A stretch of DNA of 63,200 bases, the filler included, from Craspedostauros australis (lineage: Eukaryota), in assembly GCA_030167865.1 (NCBI GenBank). It is 6 parts of 6 records of this genome, joined end to end, with 100 filler letters (N's around TTAATTAATTAA, not from the genome) between each part and the next. Parts side by side here need not be neighbours in the genome. Positions count along the whole stretch, not along the records: positions 14,947 to 40,644 come from JALAGF010006191.1; positions 40,745 to 56,770 come from JALAGF010006193.1; 4 more parts are not named here. One strand, written 5' to 3'. The first letter of the stretch is position 1; each line of letters starts with the position of its first letter. Positions 35,130 to 46,874 of this stretch are shown one piece after another. Below the pieces are notes generated by a model. It was not told the origin of the DNA, searched no databases, and saw only the letters and a program-made list of their open reading frames with translations. A program made the translations under genes and the position numbers.

Positions 35130-35560
35130 GGTGGTGATTGATCACTGCGACGATCACTGCAACTCTCTCACTGTACTGTACGTGCTATCCCACTCATCGT
35201 TGGGTTCAGCTGGAACAAAAAAATCCCTGAATTCAATGAAACATCACACGTTACGTTAGTTCGTTGCTTCTCTTTTACAATAGACATCGAATTGCCTGGT
35301 GTGTGCCTCTTCTTGTGTTGCATTGGATTCTTGACATTGCCGATGTTCATGTCTTTTGCTGCGTGTTGCGTTGAAGCAGTTGCGAAAGCCCAACCAGTAT
35401 CAACGAGCAAGGCTCCCGTTGAATTTGCTGGTATCCATCGTTTTGTTCGTTGTGTGAAACAATCTGGAGAAATCCAAAGTGCATTCTGGCTCGATCGCCA
35501 TGCCCAGTGAGCGACTAAGCATGGGCATGAGCGTGATCGCGTCACGAATGGTGTTGACTT

Positions 35561-38057
35561 TTAGTTGTCCTTGACTTGGGCGGCCAGCCATTCTGGCGTG
35601 ACGGACTTTGGACGCTCCAGTGGCAATCCCAAGGCACGGTCCCAATACAGCTGGCAGAGTCCGCCGACGGCGCGGCTGACGCCGAAGAGGACTGTGTAGT
35701 ACTGGAACTGCGTGAACCCGTAGTGCCACAAGAGCACGCCGGAGTGGGAATCGACATTTGGGTATGGGTTGGCGACCTTGCCGTGCTCCTTCAAGATGTC
35801 GGGCATGACCTGGTAGATGGTGTCGACGACCTTGAAGAGCTCGTCATCCGGCATGTGCTTCAAGGCAAACTCACTGCGAGGAAGAAGAAGATTACGCAAG
35901 CGACGATCACCAAGACCATTTTGAAATTGTTGTCGTCGATTGGGTGATGGGATTGAAAAAGAAGAGACGACAGATTTTTGTGAGATGATTGCCTTGGATG
36001 AGTCCGGACTGGAAGGCTAAGAGGACGCACACACACACACACACACATCCTGTCGTTCTCTCAGTTCTCAGCGAGATCAAAACATGGAGGAGCAAGATGG
36101 AATGCTGTTTGCTCCAAACAGATGTGAAAAGCGTTCGGATGGTTCAGGCGACGTACCGTTGGCATGTGTAACGCGGATCAGTCTTTCTCAAGACGGCATG
36201 TCCGTATCCTGGAATGACCTTTCCGGCATTCAGCGTATCCCATGCAAATTCTGTGATGGTCTCTGGGGAGACCTCCTTGCCCTGCGAATCCAAAAGCACC
36301 TTGAGCTCTTGGATCCACTTGAGGACCTCCTGGTTGGCCAATCCGTGCAGTGGTCCTGCGAGGGCGTTGAGACCCGCGGAGTAGGACAGGTATGGATCAC
36401 TGAGCGTGGATCCGACCAAATGGGTGGTGTGAGCGGAGGCGTTTCCACCCTCGTGATCGGTGTGGATGCAAAGGTAAAGGCGCATCAGCTCATCGAAGCT
36501 TGGGTTGTCGTATCCCAGCATGCGGCAGAAGTTGGCGGAATAGTCGAGGCTGGTGTCCTTGGTGACGACGCCGTCAAAGTAGACGTTGCGGTAGATTGTG
36601 GCGGCGATTTCTGGGAGCTGGGCGATGACCTGCAGGATGTCCTCGAGGACGTATTCGTGGTAGTCCTTCTTTGGCACACCGTCGGAGTAGGCCTTGGCGA
36701 ATTTGGAGTCGGTCTGGCAGGCATTGAGTCCGATGGCGAGCTGGGTCATTGGGTGCATGTCCTTTGGCAAGGAGTTGAGGAGTGGGACGACGTGCGATGG
36801 GAGCTCGGCACGTGCGTTGAATTCGGCGGTGAGCGAATCTGCCTGCTCCTTGGTTGGCACCTCGCTGGTGAGGAGCAGCCAGATGAGTGATTCGAGCAGT
36901 GGCTCGCCATCACCCTGCTTCCCGGAGAAGGTCGGCAGGACGGCCTGGCATTCTGGGATGGTCAAACCGCGGAATCGGATGCCCTCGCTTGGGTCCAGGT
37001 TGGAGGTCTCCCAGAGCATGCACTTGACACCACGCGCGCCGCCGATGCACTGGTCGATGGTGACCTCGCCGATGACCTTGCTGCCGTGCTCCTTCTTGAG
37101 GGCGGCCAAAGCCTGCTGCTTCTCCGGCACCTGCGCGAGGAGCGTCTCCTTCAGCGTGGATGCTGATCGGAAGGAGGTGGAGGTGATGGAGGCTGTCGCA
37201 TTTGGGATCTGTTGGGCATGGAGAGATGTCGATCGTTTTTGCGGTTGCGGTGGCGTTTGCATTTCCATTTGCAATGAGCCCATGCGTGTGTGAATCATTG
37301 CATTTGGCAGATACCAGCATAGTCCAACGGCATGTGCATGATTGCACAAAGTGCATTTCCACAAAGCAGATGCATGTCACGAGTTTGAGACATACAGACG
37401 GAGAACCGGAGACCAATCGATGGAACATGCGGGGGTATCAACGGCACAGATCAATGCAGGAGAGGAGAGATATCCAGGGTGTGTGGTAGATTGGCATCCA
37501 CCATCGATTCGTCCATCCATACGACGGTTGATTCGCAAGATATCAATCATATTATACCCGAGAAAGTTGCCAAATTGCGTTGTGCCAGCCACCAAAGCGA
37601 TCGTCATATTCCATGTACGAGCAAGTGTGCGTGCGCATATGAATAACATCATATGGAAGCCAAGGGATGCAAGCCGGAAAGAAATCAAGGATAGTAGAGG
37701 ATGGGGTAAGTGGAAGAACGGAACGTCCAGGTGAGATGGATATCGCTAGCTCCTTTCGATGCTGAGATCGGGTTGCACAAGCATGCATTGTGCACAAGCG
37801 CCTCATCCAATAACGACACACATTATGCAGTGCACCGTCGCGTGGCATGGACGTAGACTAGTCATCACATCGCATCGCATTGCGTCATGCATGCTGATGT
37901 TGTCGATCTGCCGGATCATTGAGATGCTTTGCACAATTTTTGCGACAGCCGCGCGTTCGCATGATCCCCGAATAACATGACATGCGCTCCATGCGCTCTA
38001 TGATCTCCGTACCTTGCGAACCAAGTTCTTGACGGAGCTGGAGAGGAGGTGTGCCAT
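35561..38057 (-). CDS. CS: Mitochondrial citrate synthase; exons 38057-38013, 37208-36157 and 35873-35561
   Basis: [65 protein letters not shown]. Both GT-AG introns join in frame; presequence [15 protein letters not shown]. Confidence 0.95.
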
Positions 38058-39658
38058 GGTGACGATGCTTGTGCTGCTGCTCCTGCTGTTGTTGCTGTGA
38101 CTGGTCTGCGGCTATGACAGAGTGACTGCGATGATGTGCTGTTGGAAGACAGAACCGATCTGTTTTGTGTTGTGGGTTGTGTCTTGTTGTGTGTGCTCGA
38201 TCGCATTTGTGCAGGAGATTGTTTGGTTGCTTCGGTTGCTTTGGTTATCTTGGTTGGCTCAGCTGTTGTGTTGATTGGTGGTTTGGTGTTTGGATCCGCT
38301 TCGCCTTCCTGTTCTGTTGGATCTGCGTTGCCTGGTCTCGGCAGATGGGAATGTCGGTCATTGTTTTCGAGGGAAGAATATCGACGTACAACAGACAGAC
38401 GGAGCGAATGTCGAACACCTTCCACGTACGTTGTGTACTCAGAGCTACGGCAAATGCAATTTCGCATTTGCCGGTGACGCAGTTCTTCGGATTTGATGTG
38501 TTCTCATTTTTGTCTTCGAGCAGTTCCGATTGTGCGGGAAGTTTGACCAGAAGCAGTTCGAGAGTGCAACGAGGACGCACAAAGGCATGCATCCACGTAC
38601 ACCGCGTCACAAATTGGTAGGACGAGCCATGGTGGGCGATGCGACGACGGGGGCAACGATCATACTGGCCATCATCAACATCATCATCAACAGCAGCACT
38701 CTGGCGGAATCATCAGCGACATGAACATCGCATGACCTGTCACAGCGAGATCGCCCAAACAGAGTCCGTACCGGAACACCAGGCGAGGTGACCTCTACAT
38801 GAGCCTCCAACGTAGTCTACTATACTCCACTCGACTCCACGATCCATGCATCCTCCCACATATTTTATTTGTTCCAGTCGGACCTGTTGCGAACAACATC
38901 ATCGTGCCTCTCGCAGAGGTTCAGCATTCAACTTGCGAAGTTGCCACTGATACTGTGGTGATGCCGCAATGTTGAAGGATGGCATGGGAATCTATCTACA
39001 TCTCACAACACCGCCGAATGGGATGCCCCATCGGATCGCAACTGATCACAGCCATCGCTCGTATTGCGCTGTGACGAGTACTATATGGTGTACTTGCATA
39101 ACGTGTGGGTATGGTACGGATGTCCTCCAGCCCGCGCTCTCCCTGGTGTGCGTGTCAAGGCACCCGTGCGGCGAAGCACAGTATGGTAAATCGTGTGGGA
39201 AGATCTGCGGTACTCCGCAAACATCCATCCCGTCCGCACATTCCAGAGGACAGCACACTTCTGCGTATGGTACCCAGAGGGAGCGACACTGCTCCTCGTT
39301 ATCGCATGATGGAACGAGTTTCGGTGATGTGCATACTGTCGTTCAGTTTGGTTTGGTAACGTTCTCGCTTTACTACTTAGACATGTACGGTTATACTGTG
39401 TACCTTTTACGGGCGATGTCCTGCCAGGGCTGTGGAAATAAGGCATTGGACAGCTGGTTGCACAAGGATGTGCTTTCTCAAGCCCATCCAGGCGCTTTGG
39501 ATATTTCGGTTGGCCGGAAGGCACCGTGTGGAGACGATGATGAGATCATCATCCGTCGTTGGCTCAAGCCCTTCAAGATTTGGGTTTGGCGTGGAGCTGA
39601 TCCGATCAGAGAAGTGGATCGCTCCCTTGGTGCCGCTGCTGCTGAGCAGACAAGCCGC

Positions 39659-40644
39659 TTAAGATGTGCAGGCTGGGCAGGAGCTGCCGGACGCGATGGT
39701 GAAAACGGCAGTGAGAGGATAGCAGGGGTTGGTGGCCACTTTGTCGTAGTAGCAGTAGCTGCATCCGGAGTATTTGGCAACAGGCGTGTCGTTGCACACG
39801 CCATCGGAGAGGTTGATGTCGGCGTTGAAGAAGAACTGGTATCCCAAGTATCGGCAAGAGCTGGCTGGAACGCAGGTGCCATCGCCAATGAAGGTGGATC
39901 CCTCGAACCGGTTGTATGGGGTGTAAAGGGGGGAGCCGCTGGTGACGTGGGTGTTGACGTACGAGCACGAATCGTTGTTGATGCAGGATCCAACCCCGAC
40001 GATGGTGGTGGAGACACGCTTGTTGTCGGTGGTGCCGTTGCCCTGGTCTGGTGTGATCGTGGCGTAGGCCGCTGGTCCGGCACCCATGGCGGCGCAGCCC
40101 TTGGTTCCCTTGCAGGAACCTGCTCCGACAATGGCATCACCGTCGGACTGCTGGGCGAAGGCGTAGCACGACATGTCTCCCGTGCAGGATCCTGGGGCCA
40201 CAATGGAGGCCTTGTTGGTTCCGGAGTTGAAGTTGAAGTATGAGCATGCTTTGTCATCGTTGACCCCGGCGCCACTGAGGCAGGATCCCTGGAAGATGAA
40301 GGACTGGGTCTCGATGCTTTTGCAAGCCTCCGTTCCAATGCAGCTGTTGGATGCGATGGAGGCAACGCCCACCCAAGAGCAAGCGTCGGTCCCAGTGCAG
40401 CAGGTGCGTCCCGCTTCGGCGCACCAGACAGCGGCTTCGGCGGCGGTTCCGGTGAACATGTCTCCGCTGGCGGCGGCTGCGGCAGTGAATATGTCGAGGA
40501 CGCCGGTCTTTCCACTGATGTCGTTGAAGAGGGTGACACCGTCGGCGGTGCTGGCCTGGTTGGCGAAGATCTCGAGGAGGTCGGTCTCGTTCTGGATGAC
40601 CGCGAGGAGAGCAACTCCCTCAGGGGTGCTTGGTGTTCCGAGCG
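39659..40644 (-). CDS. 3' part of a Cys/Gly/Ser-rich repeat protein, probably extracellular; 5' end lost in the gap
   Basis: Open frame from the gap to the stop at 39659, with repeats NSCIGTEAC, GSCTGDMSC, GSCKGTKGC, GSCINNDSC, GTCVPASSC. Confidence 0.75.
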
Positions 40645-40688
40645 NNNNNNNNNNNNNNNNNNNNNNNNNNNNNNNNNNNNNNNNNNNN

Positions 40689-40700
40689 TTAATTAATTAA
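40689..40700. other. Artificial scaffold-joining spacer TTAATTAATTAA
   Basis: Same 12-mer inside N runs. Confidence 0.95.
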
Positions 40701-40744
40701 NNNNNNNNNNNNNNNNNNNNNNNNNNNNNNNNNNNNNNNNNNNN

Positions 40745-41992
40745 GGAGAGCACGCACCATGGTGCCAAACGTGCGATTCAGGCGTTCGACTTTGCCATTC
40801 ATCCAGGCACAGTCCGCACCCGTAGGTTTGACGGTGTAGCCGCATTCCTGCACCATGGTGCTGAACTGCCCGGACCGCGCAAGCTCTCCACCCAAGTCCA
40901 CACGCACAGCGCGGTAGCCATGTTGGCGTCCAAAAGAGGTGAGCACTTGGCGTACAGCCATGAGTGGCGGCGACTTGTCCTTGGTTGGAAAAACCCAAAC
41001 GTAGCAGGTCCATGCGTCCACAACAAGGAGGTATGCGCAGAAGCCGTCGACTGACCGCACCACTCGTTGTGTGTCCTTGGTGCGACGCTGCTGACCGTAG
41101 GAACTGTCAGAGGCCCGCATAAAGCCGAAGTCGATGTGGAACCGTGCGCCAGCAACATTCGCGGTGGCGACGTCAGCTGGCCCACGATTGGCGTGTTGAT
41201 AGCCAGCTTGACTGCACACATCGCAATGACGAAGCGGATGCAAGTGTCGTGTGACATCAGGTGGAATGCCGCTGGAGCACTTGACCAGCTTCTGGAGTTG
41301 TCCGACGCCCACATGACCCAGCCGCATATGCCACAGCTCCGTCACCAGCGCCTTGGATGCGACTCGTGCGGCCATAGCGCGGGGTGATGGTCCGCCAAAG
41401 AAGTAGAGGCCGTTGCGAATGAGCAGTGGAATGCGTAGGTCGCGCTGGGGCGAACGGAATACGATGAAAGCGTCACGAGACGTAGACTCGATGCCAAACC
41501 CGTCGAAGCTGTTGTCGGTCTGTCGGATGATGGCCTGTGGCGACACAAGAGTGTCAGCAAGCAGAGGGCATAGGAGCATGCGAACACTGAGGTCTTCACC
41601 GTCGCCGCACTGGATGCATGCGTATCCCGCACCAGGGCATGGCATGGCCGGCGACGAAGAGTCCGCAGCTGCCAGCATCGACGGTGTACCAAAAGGCACG
41701 TACCGCTTCAGCAGCGCAGCATGCGGCGTGGCACACACGTTGGCTCCCAAGTCGCACTGTCCCTTGACGCGATCTCGCCAATCGGAACTAGCGCAACCCG
41801 CGAGCGCGTGTGCGCGGAGCAGGACTGTCGTGGACATAACGAACGGTCTCAGCTCGGTTGGACGATTGCGTCCACAGGCAGCGTCGAGCGGAGATGCATC
41901 GCCAAGAGGCGTGCCTGTATGCATCCCGCGATCATGACCAGGGGCCTTGTACCGCTCACCAGGGAGTTGGTCTACTCCTGGCCGGCAAGCAC
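40745..41992 (-). CDS. pol: Pol (protease-integrase part) of element A, -1 frame relative to gag
   Basis: Frame is open from the GGATTTT heptamer (CACRPGVDQLPGER...MHTG...) to the gap; integrase HHCC and DDE motifs. Confidence 0.85.
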
Positions 41993-41999
41993 AAAATCC
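41951..41999 (-). promoter_or_regulatory. Putative -1 programmed ribosomal frameshift signal
   Basis: Minus strand: G_GAT_TTT (41999-41993), spacer GTGCTT, hairpin GCCG-GCCAG-GAGT-AGACCA-ACTC-C-CTGGT-GAG-CGGT. Confidence 0.75.
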
Positions 42000-43651
42000 T
42001 GGAAGAGAATTTGGGCCGTGCGGTCAAAAGCCTCACCATCACCGTCGCTGGTGCCGTCAGAGCCGTATTCCTCACGCACCATCTTGACGGCCCGTGCAAC
42101 TGTGCGCGAACGGTCACGGGAGTAGGCCTCCTTGTACGCCACCAGGACCTTCTTGGCCAGGTCAGGCTTCTCCTCGCGAAGCTCTGCGAACGCGAGGTCG
42201 CGCGCCCACGGCAAGCATGTCCCAGAACGGTGCCCTGGCCGGCGGCAGGCCTTGCAGAACGCGTCCTTGTCTGGCTGGTAGAAAGCCGACTTCTTGCGCT
42301 CCTCACAACGGCCGCCACCTCGGTTGTCACGCGTGAAGGACCGAGTCTGCGCGCGATGCTCAACAGGCTTGACAGGCGCAGTGGGGTCCCCACGGATGGT
42401 GCGGGCCAAAGTTGACACGTGGAGATGAGGTGGAACTCGACGAGCGCCAGGCACCAGTTCAAGAGACGTCAGGTGGTGCTCGACAGGCACGCCTTGCGAG
42501 CGGAGCCCTTCAAGGAACCGACGAGTGAGTTCCACGTCAGTGACCACACGCTGGTGTACAACTCCCTCTGTCTGTTGGAACTCGAGGAGAGCGTTGGCAT
42601 ACTGGACAACGTCGTTGAAGTCACTGTACACAGGCGCTTGGCTCACAGTGTTCTTGACCCGCATGTACGCATCCAACAGGAGCTGGTGTAAGAACACGAA
42701 GGACAATAGCCAATGAGGCAAGATCCTGAAGCTCCCAGCGTAGAACATGCTGAGGGATGGATGACCCAGGTCGAGCACACCGGATTGCTGTAGCTTCTGC
42801 TCAAGCAACCGACCAGCGCGGAAGACTTGTGCTCTCGAAGCGCCTTTCGGAAAGACCAAGCAGGCGGGGTTGAAAGCTGAGAGAGGGCAGATGTGCGCCT
42901 CAACGTTGGCAGCCTCACTCTGGAGCTGCGTGTACCACTTGAGGACGCTGGTGGGATCGTCCACCTCAAGCTTGACCTCCCAGCGCTGCCAGAAGCCAAG
43001 CGAATCGCGGTCAGGCTCGATGGGCGACTGCACAGCAACGTAGTGAAAGTGCTGGAGCACAGCGGGGTTGTTCTTCGCCATGGAGTAGGAAAGGCCTGAA
43101 TTGGTGATGTAGTCAGCGGCCTCCGCGCCGTCTTCGCCAACCTGGAACGGACTGTTGGTGGTACCGGTGCCAGCCTGGAAGTCGTGAGCAGGGGCAATAC
43201 CCTGATCAACACGCGGGGTTTCCACGCTGGGAGCGTCACCCGTAGGGCCAGGGTGTTCAGCGACACCTTCGCTTGCGCCTGTGCGCGCAGTAGGCTTGCC
43301 GTCAGCAACGTCCGCGGTATCCGGAGGCAAAGCGGGGTCTTTGGGAACGGGGGCAGCGAACTTGCGAATGTCGCTGCGCGTGAGAGTGGGAAACCACTTG
43401 TCGTAGTCTGGATGCGCCAAGGCGTAGGCGCGGAGCCGCTGCATCCCGAAACGCCTGGTGGATGACCCCTGCTTCCAAGCATCAAAGAGCTGGTCGAAGT
43501 AAGCATCGGGGGCGTCAAGGAAATCGTAGAATTCACCGTCAGTGTTGACCCGTGTCTGTTTCGAGAAATCATCGAGCCATTGCCAGTTGAATCGGTCAAA
43601 AAGGGCACGAGTGACCTTTAAGTGATCGACTTGCTCAGTGGTGTCAGCCAT
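41972..43651 (-). CDS. gag: Gag of Copia element A (559 aa)
   Basis: Intact ORF with CX2CX4HX4C near the C-terminus; homologous to 56938-58035. Confidence 0.85.
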   Translation of the reverse strand: MADTTEQVDHLKVTRALFDRFNWQWLDDFSKQTRVNTDGEFYDFLDAPDAYFDQLFDAWKQGSSTRRFGMQRLRAYALAHPDYDKWFPTLTRSDIRKFAAPVPKDPALPPDTADVADGKPTARTGASEGVAEHPGPTGDAPSVETPRVDQGIAPAHDFQAGTGTTNSPFQVGEDGAEAADYITNSGLSYSMAKNNPAVLQHFHYVAVQSPIEPDRDSLGFWQRWEVKLEVDDPTSVLKWYTQLQSEAANVEAHICPLSAFNPACLVFPKGASRAQVFRAGRLLEQKLQQSGVLDLGHPSLSMFYAGSFRILPHWLLSFVFLHQLLLDAYMRVKNTVSQAPVYSDFNDVVQYANALLEFQQTEGVVHQRVVTDVELTRRFLEGLRSQGVPVEHHLTSLELVPGARRVPPHLHVSTLARTIRGDPTAPVKPVEHRAQTRSFTRDNRGGGRCEERKKSAFYQPDKDAFCKACRRPGHRSGTCLPWARDLAFAELREEKPDLAKKVLVAYKEAYSRDRSRTVARAVKMVREEYGSDGTSDGDGEAFDRTAQILFQDFVLAGQE

Positions 43652-44133
43652 GATGTCAACGAAAAAAGAAAAGAGAGAACGCGGAAAGCGATCGAAGCGA
43701 GGAGCGAAGAGAGGAACGAGGAGCTGCGCCTGGATGGGTATTTCCNNNNNNNNNNNNNNNNNNNNNNNNNNNNNNNNNNNNNNNNNNNNNNNNNNCCCCT
43801 GCTTCCAAGCATCAAAGAGCTGGTCGAAGTAAGCATCGGGGGCGTCAAGGAAATCGTAGAATTCACCGTCAGTGTTGACCCGTGTCTGTTTCGAGAAATC
43901 ATCGAGCCATTGCCAGTTGAATCGGTCAAAAAGGGCACGAGTGACCTTTAAGTGATCGACTTGNNNNNNNNNNNNNNNNNNNNNNNNNNNNNAAAAAAGA
44001 AAAGAGAGAACGCGGAAAGCGATCGAAGCGAGGAGCGAAGAGAGGAACGAGGAGCTGCGCCTGGATGGGTATTTCCTATTGCAGAGAGGGTGACGAAGTT
44101 TATGTGGATGGTCTTCCTGTGGAAGCGTATTTC

Positions 44134-44142
44134 CTCATAACC
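44134..44142 (-). promoter_or_regulatory. Primer-binding site GGTTATGAG, complementary to the initiator tRNA-Met anticodon stem-loop
   Basis: Directly follows the LTR end ...TCATCACA on the minus strand; pairs with CUCAUAACC of tRNA-iMet. Confidence 0.75.
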
Positions 44143-44282
44143 TGTGATGATTGGGAGACGATACGGATGTGTTGTGTGTGTGTGATGATGTGAGATTATT
44201 ATGGATACTCTGATTGTCTCCGCAGAGGCTGTGAACATGGGATTTGCTGCTGCTCCGTCTGTCATCCGACCGTGTACCAACA
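44143..44282 (-). repeat. 5' LTR of element A (~140 bp)
   Basis: Starts TGTTGG and ends CA next to the PBS; its start coincides with the end of homology to the element-B LTR. No second copy in the window. Confidence 0.65.
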
Positions 44283-44594
44283 GAACCTGATGATTGATCG
44301 AATCTGATGGAATATTCACAACATATTTCATTCCTGTAGACCTGGTAGTTAAGGTCTCAATGTGACGTCACGTGTGATGGATACTGTGGTATCCGCTGGT
44401 ATCGCGGTATCCTGTCATCGTAATATCGCAGTATCCTCGTGGTATCTCGGTGGTATCGCTGTGACGTCATAGTTTTGGGTCGTGATTCCGCCACCAAATA
44501 TTCTGGATGATGGCGCGCAAGTGTGACTGATNNNNNNNNNNNNNNNNNNNNNNNNNNNNNNNNNNNNNNNNNNNNNNNNNNACACATTCCGACA
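44283..44594 (-). repeat. 3' LTR of element B (gap inside; last ~4 nt displaced by element A)
   Basis: Begins TGTCGGAATGTGT right after the PPT; reverse-complement homologue of 46875-47157. Confidence 0.85.
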
Positions 44595-46874
44595 CCCTTC
44601 CTGTAGGCGTCAGTCATTCGCTGCTGTCGCCAGTGTGTAGGTAGGACTTCTCGTGCTCGCGCTGTGGCTCCGACTTGATGTTCTTCGTGAAGCCGTCGCT
44701 TCGGTTGTTCTCTGATTTGACGAAGATGATTTCGATCAGCTTGTCATTCACCATGTTGCGGACGTANNNNNNNNNNNNNNNNNNNNNNNNNNNNNNNNNN
44801 NNNNNNNNNNNNNNNNNNNNNNNNNNNNNNNNNNNNNNNNNNNNNNNNNNNNNNNNNNNNGGAGTCTTCACTGGCACTCCCACACTCTCCAGGAGTTGCA
44901 TCACAAAGAAGATCTCCTTCGCCGCTTCGGATAGCGCGATGTACTCTGCCTCTGATGAACTGAGTGTCACTGCCTTCTGTTCCTTGGATCGCCAGAGGAT
45001 AGGGACTTGACAGAGGTAGAGAATGAATCCGCCAACACTGATGCAAGTGTCCTTGTCTCCGGCGTATTCGCTGTCGCAGAACATCTCCATGTTCCATGCG
45101 CTGCTGTCTGTCATGACGGGATGGATCTTCAGACCGTAGTGCTTCGTGTCGATGACGTATTTGATGATACGCCGCATCTCCTTGGTTGCAGCCTTGGTCG
45201 GTCCGTCAAGTACCTTCGTCAGCTCTCTGACAGGGTTGGCGATGTCGGGACGCGAATGCTTGATTAAGAATAGCAGCATTCCCACTCCCTTGCGATAGTC
45301 AGCATGCTCTGCTGCATCTACCTTCTGTAATCTGTTCTCTTCGGATGGGCGAACGATGCTCTGGCTTGGCGTCCCTGGCGTCGCGTAGCGCTGCATCTTC
45401 TCCACCTTCCCACCGAATTCAGTGATTAGGTTTCGGATCAGATGTGGCTGGCGTAGGACGGCTCTGGTCTTGTCTGCGTTTATCTGGATGTTGCAGCTGA
45501 GGTAGTCACCCAAACCCTTCTCGATGGTGACCTTGAACTTGCTCTTCTGGATGTCGTTGATGAATTGTTCGAGTGCCTTCTGATGTCCGGAGGAGAAGCA
45601 GTCGTCAACGTAGATTGCCACAATCACTGTTCCATACTTCGTCTTGCAATGGAAAAGGCACGGATCTGCCGCGCTCTGGTCGAATCGCATTCCCTTCAGC
45701 ATTGATACCAGCATCTTGTACCATTGGCGTGCGCTCTGGACCAGCCCGTAGATTGACTTGTGTAGCAGCAGCGCCTCATCAGGTGTGCTGTCCATTCCGT
45801 TTGGACAATTCATGTACACCTCTTCTTCGAGATTGCCGTACAAGAATGCAGTGACAACTTCCACGAGTGTGTAGTCCATCTTCTGCAGTAGCATGATCAC
45901 CATCATCACTTGGTACGTAACATCATGGATGACAGGCAAGTGGTGCTCTTGGTAGTCCACTCCTGCAACCTGTGAGTAGCCGCATGCTACCAGGCGCGCT
46001 CGATAGGTTCCATTGCACTTTAATTTAAACACCCATTTGCACTTGCAGCATCTGCGGTCCCTCGGGATCGATGAGCGCTTGATCTTGCTGTAGACGGATC
46101 GAGCATCCATCGAGCTGAACTCCTTTGCGATGGCGCCTCTGTAAGCCCTTTTCGTGTGTTGCATTTGGATGGTTGAATGCTTGGTTGAAGGTTGATGGCT
46201 CGATGTGTGTCGATGTCTCTCCTGTCTCATCTTGGGTGGCTGCGCAGATCTCCATCTCAAAATCGTCGGTGCTGATTGCGTTGTTTCCAAATAGAGCATC
46301 AGTGATTGCATTGATGGTGTCTGGTGGAGGAGAGTCGCCGTCTTCGTCGTCCGTAGCTTCATTGTTCTCTTCATTCTCGTCGGTAGTGTTGCCGTTGGTT
46401 TCGTCGTCATTTTTGGTCTCCTCGCTGCTGTCCTGATCGTCGTCTGTGTTTCTCTTGTTGTTGTCGGTATCGCTTCCCCTATTGAAGACAGATAGGTTGG
46501 TTGTGAATCTCTTGCTCTCATCCTTCGCCGTCTTCCCTGGCTTGTTGTAGTTTGCAAGGTTGCGCAATTCGCTCTTTCCTTTCGTGTTGGATGGCAGCGA
46601 TGTACGGGATTTCGCATCCACCTTTGAGTTGTGTCTGCTTTGCTCGATGCATCGTTGGCGTCGTTTGCTGCGAGTGGTATCGCGCTTGCTTGGCCGTCGT
46701 GGAGGGTTGGCTGTTGCGACACGGTTCGTTATTGGATCATCATGCGCTTCGTGCGAACGTTTGCGCGAAGTGGGTGGAGTGCGAAGGATGCTTGGCGGGG
46801 CACTCGGTGGGGCAACATCTTCAATGTTGGTCAGCGTGTCATCATTGGCAGGGATCGTGTCAACGTCCTCTTCA
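44283..46874 (-). mobile_element. Degenerate Ty1/Copia element B, 3' half (linker, RT, RNase H, PPT, 3' LTR)
   Basis: CKWVFKLK, ARLVACGYSQ, KSIYGLVQSARQW, IYVDDC, SRPDIA, FCDSEYAGD, LSSSEAEY, DGFTK; frameshift near 46150; PPT AGGAAGGG at 44602-44595. Confidence 0.92.

Larger units (their letters stand above)
40745..44282 (-). mobile_element. Ty1/Copia (CoDi-like) element A: 5' LTR, PBS, gag, then pol (protease, integrase) in the -1 frame; cut at the scaffold end
   Basis: Gag knuckle CKACRRPGHRSGTC; protease CDLGAN; LWHMRLGH..CDVC; FHIDFGF..VRVDLGGEL..NGKVERLNRT; protease-integrase order. Confidence 0.92.

Noticed and set aside
43660..44066. Repeated blocks at the element A gag start, and 60076-60800 in element D, as internal duplications or LTRs
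   Set aside because: Each is bounded by N-gaps and nearly identical to adjacent sequence, consistent with overlapping contig ends or collapsed copies.
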